64,000 nt of DNA, from the NCBI RefSeq assembly GCF_001949145.1, contig NW_019091356.1, positions 4,322,934-4,386,933 of the forward strand. Direction: 5' to 3'. Every line of letters begins with the position of its first letter. The first letter of the stretch is position 1. Under the pieces are notes generated by a model. It ran no database searches and had not been told where the DNA came from. It was given only the letters and a program-made list of their open reading frames with translations. Of this stretch, positions 52,103 to 62,453 are shown in pieces. The stretch is from Acanthaster planci (lineage: Eukaryota). The translations under genes and the position numbers were made by a program.

Positions 52103-55100
52103 AAGAACGCGAATAAAACCTAAACGAATATAGCATGTACTTACACTTTGACTTTGAACTGGAAACCATCTTGGTTGTGTTTCCCATGGATAAATACTTT
52201 GATCAATGTAACTTTAGAGCTGCAACATTGGTACCTTTCTACAAGGAAAGCATGCTTCAAGAGAACTACATTGGCGTTCACGTATATAATGCACCGATGT
52301 ATCTATTCGTCTTTTCATTAGACCCTCTCTGTGGTGTTCGCCCCGCCCCTAGACTTTGGCGTCTTTTACACTAAAATAATTGATCGAAGAAGGTATAGAT
52401 ATTTATTGTCTCTGTGGCAACATTAACATATTATTCGTAAGTTTTATTGAATACGATGTCTTCAATTGGGAATACTTGAAATCTACTCAAGGAAAGGTCA
52501 AGTCAATAGTCTTACAGTGATGCTAATATCACATGGGGTTACAGGATGTCACATACGACGTCGCTGTTTAGGTTTAAGTGTTCTCTGTCACCCTTTATGT
52601 ATATTGTATAGTGGGACAACTGATTCAAATGTGCTTTGTACTGCCCTTTAAATTAGTAAGTCAAACAAGTGCATACGCCCTAATGGGGTGTCTTCTTGTA
52701 TTGTCTTTGAAAGGTAAATCTGTGTAAAGTGGCCATCAAAACTAACATAAAGTGGCCCTATTGACAGGTTGCTGTCATGCAGGTTTGTCATTGTTTTGTA
52801 TTTATTCAAATTAATGAATTTGAATTCGAGTAACGGGCGCCTTGGTATTACCACAACTTAACGACTGTTAATGTATCGAGGAGCGACCCCCACCCCGAAA
52901 ACGCAGAATGCTGGAAGTGATGGCTCCAAGCTACCAAAACAAACGAACCGATATGTTGGTATGTGAATTATGCCGTCGTCAATGAATCGTTTCTTGCCCT
53001 CTTACAGTGTTTCACGCTCCGGGAAATGCTTCTTTGTTGACTAAATTCCTCCCGGTATTTCCGGCAAGGATTGAATACGCGAGTTGCGTTTGAATTCACA
53101 AAGGCGATGGCAGTACATGTCAATTTCAAAATGGCTGCGCGAGACACGAGGAGTTCGTTTCACGTTTAATACTGATGTTATTGTGAAAGCACCGCTGTTG
53201 AGCTGGAAAACAGGCAACCTCGGTATTTGGTAATTCCCGGCCGAGATCAGGTGAGATGAGTTTAGTCTATCACTAATTACTAGTAATTTGTATTGGAATA
53301 TTGCAGTACACAGTCATGTCTTTTGTCATCATTTGGCTAGCGAGGATTTTAGGGCAAGAATTTTTTCTCTTATACGGCCATCATGTCGTGGCTTTGATTC
53401 GACTTTTTATAAGGGCCATAACCTCGTGCAGGATTAACAAAAACATTTAACCCTATCCGCCTCGAGCAGAAGCACCCCCTCATCGGTTGATAAGAATCCT
53501 GTTGATCGGGAGTACACATTTTGTAGGTAGCGACAATACTTTAACGTGTAGTCGTTCGTGGAACCTGTGACGGATTCCCACCAAAGGAGCCTCCCTTACT
53601 AGGAAAATTTTGCCCTCTCTTGGTCCCAGTCGGGGCCCATATTTACTTAACTCAGAATATTCTGAATTATTTTACTGAATTTACAAGGATCTTTCCACAC
53701 CTTGTACTGGGAAAATAGCATTTCTGATTCACCTTGGAACTGTCAAAAAAGTTTTCGAACTTTGTAAATTGTGGAACTTTTACACTGGAATTTGACAGCA
53801 ACATTGTGTTTAATGAGACTTATAATGCGTCTTTTATCCATACTTCAGGTCTAACTTCACTTCAGGTCATAAGTTGCCATTTATGAGAAGAATTAAAAGT
53901 GATATTTCCTTCGATGTCACTTAAAATCAATAACTCTTCAGCTGACCTTGTTTAAACTAAATACAGAACACAATAGTGCACTTAACTGGATCTGGATCTT
54001 CTCTGGACATAAGTTGCAGTGTCAATATTTAGCGAAACTTTCTAGTAATTTGGGGTTGTCGTTAAAATGAACCGGTACATGTATACATTAGAGACATAGC
54101 ACTGTGTTTTGTCGCTGTTTTCCAAAGCAACAGTCGTGTGTTTTTGTGGGGAAATGTCGAGTACCGGTATTGTAGCTGTCGTTCAGTGTGGTACATGTAA
54201 CATATTTCTTGTGGTTCAGTTTGTCTGTTTGCGTTTACCCGCCAAAATTCAGACCGACCGTCTGGAGGCATGGACTGCACAAAGTGGTTGGAAGTTCCTA
54301 CCATTTCCAGTGACGGTGCTGTCAAGAACATGTCTAATGTACTGCTAACAGTGATGCTGAATAATTTTAGATGTGTGTTTTCCATTTAAAGTTTTGCCTT
54401 TTTTAAGAAAAATGCGTGGTCAGTGGGGTGTTGAAAAGATATGTACATGTACAGCTTGGCCGTTGCTAAGTACCCAGAAAAAAATCTGTAAAATAAACAA
54501 GGCCTTTGGGCATCATCTCTTTTTTTATCCAAAACACCTTAAAATCATCATGTAAGAAAATCCTTAAAAAAAGGGAAATATAACTATATATACATCGCCT
54601 CGTTGTTAGAACTGACAATGGGATTTCTCTAGTCAATCAGGTTTTGGCTTTCAAACAGCGTAGTGTGCTACCAGATGTAATAAGAAGCCAACTCTTTCGT
54701 GGTTGGAGGCATGCAATACACCTTTTGAAAGCGTCAAGGTAGTTGTGGTTTATCTGAACATGGTCAAGAACATTGCATGCCTATGCCCAGGTTCGTATGT
54801 ACAAATGTAATTAATTATGTAAATGTGTTGATCGTGTCAGTCTTTGTAAATACATAAAATCATCACCGTGAACTAAAATCGCCATTGTTGTAAATAAAAT
54901 ATATTCAGATAGTTCATAGTAAAGTTAAACCGGCAGTGTAAACTTAAGACAATAACTTCCAGTGTGTTTAATGTTCGTTCCCCCCCCCCCTCTTGCGACG
55001 TGCCTTTGTAGCATTGTAGAAAAAAACCCAAAGTGTTCGAAAGAAGTGGGTTACTCCAAGATAAATAACATTAATCTCGTGCTTCTCTGCCTAATAGGAT

Positions 55101-55577
55101 ACTTTTTAAAATAAGGCCATTTCAAACAATCTGGTATCAACAAGCTGAAATTACATTCTATAACGTTTACGCTAACATAAAATCGTTTAAACTTAAACGG
55201 AACTGTGAGGTGTAAACATTTAGTGTTACATAAACAACGGTCTTGCAATGTGGTTAACTTCCCGATGAAAGAATACAACAAGAAAGGAAAATCTTGCATC
55301 GCTGATACAAACTAAAACAAGTTTTACGGGGACTATGTTCCACCACGTGAGTAAACAAAAAGACACAATTATATAATACATGTTTGAAGTCTGAAATTCG
55401 ATTTAAATTTGGGCGGCTTGGTACTTCCTGGAAATTTAAACTTACAGCCGGGATAGAATCCAGCGTTAAATGTTGACTTCTCCTTGGTCAAGCACAGCAA
55501 GAAAAGCTCAAAAGTTCTTGAGAAATTTACCTTCATTAGTGAGACCGGGCAGTGTCTTTAAATACGTACGACAAGAC

Positions 55578-56250
55578 CTACGGTGCTTGTAACCTTAAGG
55601 CCATATAATCCTGTTCTGGCGGGACATTTGGTGTCAGGTAGGTCTCGTCTGGTCGTGTCGAGGCTTTCTTGGCGGCGTGTTTAGCGGGCGGTTTAGGCGC
55701 TGGTTTCTTGACCTTTGACCGTGGCTCTGCTGGATTCTTCGGCGGTGCTGTCGCGGTTTGTTTCAGTGGTGTTGGCGCTGTTTGTTTCGGTGGTGCTGTC
55801 GCTGTTTGTTTCAGCGGTGCTGTCGCTGTTTGTTTCAGCGGTGCTGTCGCTGTTTGTTTCAGCGGTGCTGGCGCTGTTTGTTTCGGCGGTGCTGTCGCTG
55901 TTTGTTTCAGCAGTGCTGTCGCTGTTTGTTTTGGTGGTGCTGGCGCTGTCGATTGAGGAGCACACTTAGCAGAGTTCTCCGGTGTGATTCGCTTGACGTA
56001 CCTTGTATTCTTCTCGTCATCCTCCGCTCCTCCAAAGGAGGGGTTGAGGTAGGCCTGGTAGGCGGCCTCGCCTCCTTTGGATTTCTGATACTCATCGATG
56101 TCCTCATAGATGGGGTCACTCTTCTTACGGGCCGGAGGCAGGGCAGGGGGATTATTGTTGATTTGGCCTAGCCCTGGGAGACCGCTTGGGTCGTACGAAC
56201 CGACGAAGGACGTGCTGCGGACCGACATGGGTACGTGGTCATCAGAGCCC
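55578..56250 (-). CDS. LRP-like exon 13: cytoplasmic tail
   Basis: ttttgtgcag|G GGC TCT...; GSDDHVPMS...[10 protein letters not shown]...YLNPSF...[16 protein letters not shown] (ORF 55578..56324). Confidence 0.9.
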
Positions 56251-59200
56251 CTGCACAAAAGGTCCATAGACAGATATTGAAAAAATAATAAATGTAGATC
56301 AACTCTAAAAATTGTGTGATACAACTAAGTGCAGGTTATGAGAATAACAGGCCTAGAAGAGTAACATTTGAGGTAACTGTTTCTCTTTATGGGAGATAAT
56401 TTATTGGTGAACAATTTTACATTATGAATAAATAATAACGTTTGTCTTTCATTTTTTTCGAATAGAAAGTGGTAAGTTTGGTGGATTTAGTTTTTGGACC
56501 AATATATGTCTGACAATACCATTACCTGCCACCTTTTGACCGTGCGCATTTTACAACGCAACAGACAAGGATGACCACCAAGATCAAGGCAAGCCCGCCC
56601 CCACTGGCACCAATTACAAGGGGCAGATTGAGGGCGCCATTCATCGGTGGTGCGGCCGTCGTTAGAGAGTAGGTTGTGAACTTGGTGAAGTCGCCTTTGC
56701 CTTCTGACACCGCAGTTGTTGCTGATAAAGACGAAAGAACAAGAAAATTGCTCGCGGTTATATAGGTAAAATCGTGTGCCACATAAAATCGATAGGAATG
56801 GTCAGTTAAATAGCACACCGTTGTACTTTTCTCAAAAGATTTGGTTTAACCTCGCCAGCAAATGCTTGTTCTCACTTTCAGCAAAGATCTCGGCAACCTC
56901 GAAGGCAGCCAGTCCCTGCATCCGCAAGAACTCGGCTTCGCCTACTTCCTCCACATCTCCCCCCGTCCACCTGTCGGCCCGAGAGAGTCGATGTCTGAGC
57001 CAGTCTGTCCAGTAGATGAAGTCGCCATAGATGGCAAGGGAGAACGGGTGAGCCGGTCCGCTGAAAGTCACCAGGTACATTCGATTAGTACCGTCTAGGT
57101 CTGACATCTCGATGCGTCCGTGTAACGCATCGCACCAGTACATCACTTCCTCTGAGTAGGGATGAAAAGAAACGTTTTTAGAGCAACTTATTAAATCCAC
57201 CATTCGATCAATACAGGGTGCGAAACTCTGATTGCAATCAGAGCTCATCTATCGAGGACAACGACGATGGCAGTGGACACTTACCTTGGCTGTCGATTGC
57301 CAGGCAGTTAGGCCATCCCAGGTCCTGCTGGACCAGAACTTTTCGGTTGGTACCATCGCTTGACACCCGCTCGATTTTGGCCACCACGCCCCAGTCTGTC
57401 CAGTAGACGTCACTGGAAGTACATTGAAAGTGTCAAGCATTATCGTCAAAGTATGAGAATGATCTACAGTCACTGTCTCCTGTTCTTCCACATGTCCACT
57501 CATGGCTCACAGGAGCAATGGCCAACCACCATAAGATCCAATGTCTATCACCAAGTTTAATAGATAAACGTTCCAGTTGCGTTTCTTCTGTTTCTGAGAT
57601 TAGGGTTCACACCTTGCGAATGGGCACGTCCCTACTTGGCTAACCCCACCCTATTATCCCCTTGAAGTAAACTCACCCATTCAACAAATTCACAGCGATA
57701 GCTCGGGGTTCGTCCAAGTCTTGATCGATGAAAACCCTGCTGCCGAGAATGCCGTCCATGCCTGCCATTCCAATCTCATCCCTCTCCTCGTCCGTCCAGT
57801 ACACGAGGCGGCGCCTCGTGTCCAGAGCTACACCAGCCGGATCTAGAAGCAGAGAAACAGAATTACACTGTTGCTTTGAAGCGTACTCTGTGCCTAACAT
57901 GAAATTTCTCAGAACTGTTTTTTGTCGTTAATCAGCTTATAGAGATCATTAAATCCACTCGCAGCCATTTTACCGAGCCGAATACAAAGCTTTCCTGGCA
58001 ATGCCCGCCTTTGTTCTTCCTGATGTCAATAGAAGGGAGCCAACCCACGCCTTTGTATTCTGGCTCGGTAAAATGGCCGCTGGTTGGCTTCTTTTTCATA
58101 CAAAGGCGTTGCAAGTCCAGATTTTGTTTTATATATACGTCCGTGCTTCAGATGCTGAACTATCCAAGTAAGGCCTTAACGCATAGCACAGCGTTCCTAT
58201 AAGCCAGCCATGGAATACATTTTTTTTCCTGGCAGAAACCATACCTACCGATAATATTCCCAAACAGCACGCTCTCCTTCATGGACCCGTCCAGCTTAGC
58301 CCGGCCGATAGCTGAGAGTGCCCGGTCGGTCCAGTACACCATCCCGTCCACATGATCGTAGGCAATAGCTACGGGGAAATCTAGCTCGCCTAGGGGTAAG
58401 GCTGAGACGTTGTAACTGGTAGTGGCTGCATCGACTTGGTAGATAGTGTTGAGTGAGGAGTCGGCAACTAGGATGAAGTGTTCTGTCGTATGGTCTAGGG
58501 ATTGAATTAAAGCTTTATTGAATAAAAAGCCATTCTTGCAAATGCAACGATTCACAACGAGGATTGTCGACTGAGATATAAATCAGCGGGCCTAGATGTT
58601 ATGCGTTGAACGTAATTTTAATGTGGACCTTTTAATTCACTAGTTCTTCACATAATCATCGCCAAACCACTGACGAGACTTATTGAAGATGACGTTTTGA
58701 AATAATGTCATTAATGCTATATATCAAACCGGTAGCGGTCTTCGTTTGTGCATAACATTGATTTCGTTTACCGTATTTCTTTTGCAACGTTCATGCTGTC
58801 ATAAACGACCACTGTTACAAAAGGCGACCAGACAAATGCCACATTATGGAATCCACTGCCTCTGCTGTTACCAAGATGAAATCCACGGCTTCTCTTTCTC
58901 TTGCATGACCCCTTACTGTACTCTGGTATAAAATTCTTCCTGTCTTTTAGTGTCTTTTAGAACACAAAACTTACAGGTTTCACATGATTTCCTGTCATTG
59001 GCAAGTTGGTAACCTGTGGCACATGCGCAGGCTCGTCTGGCTGCGCCGGTCGGTAAGCAAAGATGATCACATCGACCATTGTTGTCGCCACATGCGCCTA
59101 TGGAAGTAAATTTGTGTCCACCATTGGTTAGTTTGATACAAGTATGTGTTACTATGAAACGGTATTGCTGGGGTATTACAACGTATTACGGTGCACATGA

Positions 59201-62200
59201 ACTCCAACTGTTATAACCAAAGTCACCGAAATGCGTCTTTGTTAGATATTATTACATATTAACTATTGCATGCACAGACCTATAATGTTCCACACATGAC
59301 CATATCACCTGGCAAAATTACCACACTACCATCATTGTTGATTCACAATCGAAATCTTAGGTTCACTACATTTTGAAACAACTCTGGAGTTATGAAGGTA
59401 AGACAAAATACACGTTTCCTTATACTCCAAAAAGTTAAACCATCAGATAGAGTTACTGGGGAAGATAGGCTGGCAGAGGTATTCTCTGCCTACTCACCTG
59501 TTAATCCATCCATTTCCTCCGGTTGATAATCCTCATCCAGTGTTGCGATCCCCAAGGCCTGGTCTGGATGCTGGAAAGTTTGTAGGACTTGTCCCTCATC
59601 ATTACCCTGCTTGCTGATGGCCATCACAGACCCGTTTACCACCGTAGATTGCCACACCGTAGCGTAAAGGACACCCTTTCAAAAGTGGAAGATGAGATCT
59701 TTGGACATTTCTTTAGGCACTGGGATTGTTTCCAAACAGAACGTAAACTACACCTTAAAAATCATAACAGTAAAACGTAAAGAACAAAGGAATCGTGAGG
59801 ATAAACATAAACTGTTCTTTGAGATCTGTGTAGGGTGTTCAGACAGTTTGTTTCTCATAAACAAGTACTTATCACACCAAAAAAGGCTATTGACACCTTT
59901 GGCGAGAGTCCTGCATTTAACGATCACTCATTTTTTTCAACTGTTTTCTTCACGGAAGATTTACCATAACGTCCTTCGCGTAAAGGAAAGATTTCAGCAA
60001 TCATACACAAACTTACTCCGTAAATAGTTATATCAAAGAAGTCGGCGCCATTTCGTTGATAGAGAACTCTGCGGTCTTGCCCGTCATATGTTACTGACTC
60101 GATTGTGTCGGTTCCCCGATCAGCAAAGTATAGCCTACAGAAATATCCACACAATGGGTTATCCATGCATGTGTCATATCACCAGTTAGAAAAAATCACT
60201 TGAGGCAGCTGACCTTCACGCAGTATTGGACAAGTCCGGCGCAAATTATAGCTCGTCCAGTAGTGATATGCTTTCTTCTGCTTTTAACAATGCGCAAGCG
60301 CAATTCAGTTACAATCTAACGAGTCGGTCAAGTTTTTAAAATCTCATCGTTACATTTCACCATTGGCTTCAATTCTAGCAACGTACATAGTCATTGAAAT
60401 CTCGTACAATTATTTTCATGTGAATGCTTCCCTCCGAAAGGATGAATGAAATCAGCCATTGATAACCAGCGGTGCGACCAGACCCCTAGGCCTGGTCCTA
60501 TATGATCGACTGGATCGTCCACAGCATTCATCGTTAGAGCGGTGTAAGTCGGCCTATAGTTAACTATAGTCGTCGCTCAAGCTTTCCTAATTAGTGATGA
60601 GGCTTTTCTGATGAAGTACATGCAGTTGAGACCAGACGCCGAGCCTATTATACACTCTAAAAATTTCCAGGTCAGAATGACCCAATCTGACCCGGGGGGT
60701 TTAGAGTCTACATATACGTGCGATCTCGCTTTTTCAGGAGAGGGGAGCATTCCCTAGCACAATCAGCCCACGGTGAGAATTATCTTTTCTATCCTTTATA
60801 AAGGATGTTATTTCAACTCTCTTAAAGTACCTTTACCTTTTCTCCTCGAAGTCGATGACGAGTCCGCTAGGAGAGATGAGATTCTCGTCTACGATAGCGA
60901 ACCGTCCCGAGCCATCCATGTCGCTTCGCTCTATCCGCCCTTCTTGATCCGACACGCCACGGAGATCAGTCCAGAAAATGAACCTTGCAAAGACGATGTC
61001 AAGACCTGGTCAAAACTCCAGTCACACTGCCAGTGTGATGGTGCTGTCTAGTTTGTATAATTGGCTAGAAATTTACGAATTCTTCGAAATGTACGGCAGG
61101 AAATATAAACTGTTAATTCTGACGAGGTAAGTTCCCTCTTCCATGTGTAATGATTTAGACTAAGTTCAAGTCTGCCTTTCAGACACAGTGCACACCATAT
61201 AAAAGTGAATAGGATAAGCTTTTCTGCGTCGAGTTCATATAAAGCACTCTTACTTCTTGTTTTTTCACAACGATTTTTCATTACCAAGCAGGGAAACTCT
61301 ATTTCAAACTTGAAAATATACCCTGATGATATGCCGCCATAGTAAGAGGGGCAATCGTGTTTAAGCTGAGGATTTGAATTAAAAAGCATACCCGTCAAAT
61401 GGATCGACAACAATGCCTCTAGGATTTAAGACATCTTCACTGACGATGATTGATCGATCCCTGCCGTCATATCGAGACACGCAAACGTAGCTTAACAGGA
61501 AGTCTGTCCAGTAAAGATTCTTTGCTCGCCAGTCTACAGCAATACCTAGGAAAAGGTATGGGAAGGTTGGTTGGTCAGTTAGTCGGTTTAACTTGCTTAC
61601 TTTGCTTGTTGTAGATTTGCTGGTATAGTTCCTCACCTTCAACGCTACCCAAACCATACAGTAGTTGCACAGGCTGCTGATCACGTCTGTACTGAAATAT
61701 CTTCCGGGTGACAATATCGGAGAAGAAGATCAACTCTTCATCTGCATCTACTGCCAGGGCAACTGCAAAGTCTTGGTTGTCAAGGAGGCAGTTAGGATTA
61801 CTGAGCTGCCTGTTATTGATCCGGTAAGTACAGATGGAAGTCCCTCTGGTTTCGACGATAGTGTTGGCTGCAATTTCAAATCGAAATGGAATCGATTTTT
61901 TTTTCTCTCAACATGTCTTTTGATAGTTATTCATTAGCATCAACGTTGGAGACAACTTCATGATTTAGGTCTACTACTCTGTACTTAAATGCTACTTAAA
62001 GGCGCCTTTCCATATATGTACGTTTTTGGCGGCGTTGCGTACACGATGCGTTCGTGCGCTTCACTTTCACAGACACCAAATTCGACCCCATTAACAAAGC
62101 ACACGTGTGTGTTGCTTTTGGCCGTCAAACTCGCTCCGACAGGGATTTTGAAAGATACGCAAAGCTTGGCGCAAGTGTTGACGCACAAATGGAAAGCCGC

Positions 62201-62453
62201 CTTTCTGTGTAGTACACCGTGAGGCATAAATTTTAACTCAGAATCTATAAATACATGTAGGCCTAGACCTACACGTAGTTGGAAAATAAGTTAAGCGCAG
62301 TATGATGCAGGTCCATACACATGTAGCTAGCTTCATATCTATATACATGTACTCACTGGTGGACACAACCAAGATCTTACCTGTCGTTCCATCGAAATAT
62401 AAATCAGCCATCATAGCCATCACAAGTAAGTGTGGCCATAGCATAGTCGCCAT
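55578..62453 (-). CDS. LRP-like type I membrane protein (2 YWTD beta-propellers + 1 EGF, TM, Tyr/Pro-rich tail), spliced model (~902 aa)
   Basis: 13 exons: 62453-62381, 61867-61637, 61545-61392, 60983-60837, 60134-60017, 59675-59498, 59097-58975, 58494-58249, 57842-57677, 57412-57285, 57151-56876, 56721-56526, 56250-55578 = 2709 nt, one open frame, GT-AG throughout. Multiple YWTD/FWTD/YWCD repeats, [27 protein letters not shown], and a hydrophobic TM segment. Confidence 0.92.
55739..55950 (-). repeat. Coding minisatellite, 24-bp unit, ~8 copies (KQTA[T/P][A/T][P/L][L/P])
   Basis: Plus-strand unit GCTGTTTGTTTCAGCGGTGCTGTC repeated in tandem; eight KQT units in the translated tail. Confidence 0.95.
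56526..56721 (-). CDS. LRP-like exon 12: Thr-rich stalk and transmembrane helix
   Basis: [66 protein letters not shown]. Confidence 0.92.
56876..57151 (-). CDS. LRP-like exon 11: end of propeller 2
   Basis: [24 protein letters not shown]...[30 protein letters not shown]...[15 protein letters not shown]. Confidence 0.95.
57285..57412 (-). CDS. LRP-like exon 10: propeller 2
   Basis: [42 protein letters not shown]. Confidence 0.95.
57677..57842 (-). CDS. LRP-like exon 9: propeller 2
   Basis: [56 protein letters not shown]. Confidence 0.95.
58249..58494 (-). CDS. LRP-like exon 8: propeller 2
   Basis: [21 protein letters not shown]...[42 protein letters not shown]. Confidence 0.94.
58975..59097 (-). 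CDS. LRP-like exon 7: EGF-like domain
   Basis: [41 protein letters not shown]; a six-Cys post-propeller EGF in a phase 1-1 exon. Confidence 0.95.
59498..59675 (-). CDS. LRP-like exon 6: end of propeller 1
   Basis: [66 protein letters not shown]. Confidence 0.85.
60017..60134 (-). CDS. LRP-like exon 5: propeller 1
   Basis: [45 protein letters not shown]. Confidence 0.93.
60653..60708. mobile_element. Minimal CACTA/EnSpm-like element (56 bp)
   Basis: TA|CACTCTAAAAA ... TTTAGAGTC|TA with internal GGTCA/TGACC inverted motifs. Confidence 0.5.
60837..60983 (-). CDS. LRP-like exon 4: propeller 1
   Basis: [49 protein letters not shown]. Confidence 0.93.
61392..61545 (-). CDS. LRP-like exon 3: propeller 1
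   Basis: [52 protein letters not shown]. Confidence 0.95.
61637..61867 (-). CDS. LRP-like exon 2: propeller 1
   Basis: [79 protein letters not shown]| ... |GTGAGG. Confidence 0.88.
62000..62202. mobile_element. PIF/Harbinger-like MITE, copy B (in LRP-like intron 1)
   Basis: TIRs AGGCGCCTTTCCA / TGGAAAGCCGCCT; internal blocks such as GCGCTTCACTTTCACAGACACCAAA match the reverse complement of copy A. Confidence 0.78.
62381..62453 (-). CDS. LRP-like exon 1: signal peptide
   Basis: [24 protein letters not shown] then G|GTAAGA (phase 1). Confidence 0.75.

Noticed and set aside
55739..55950. CRISPR-like regular repeats
   Set aside because: Direct tandem units without unique spacers, inside a eukaryotic exon.
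55669..56171. Cys-rich and hydrophobic repeat ORFs in other frames or strands
   Set aside because: Alternative readings of the 24-bp coding minisatellite; only the KQTATAP frame splices in phase with the TM exon.
59540..59560. Apparent frameshift in LRP-like exon 6
   Set aside because: Recounting shows four C on the plus strand (GCC TTG GGG ATC on minus), so the frame is intact.
55578..62453. Assigning the gene symbol LRP4/5/6 (or CRHR for the GPCR)
   Set aside because: Architecture and key motifs differ, and orthology needs a phylogeny that cannot be run here.
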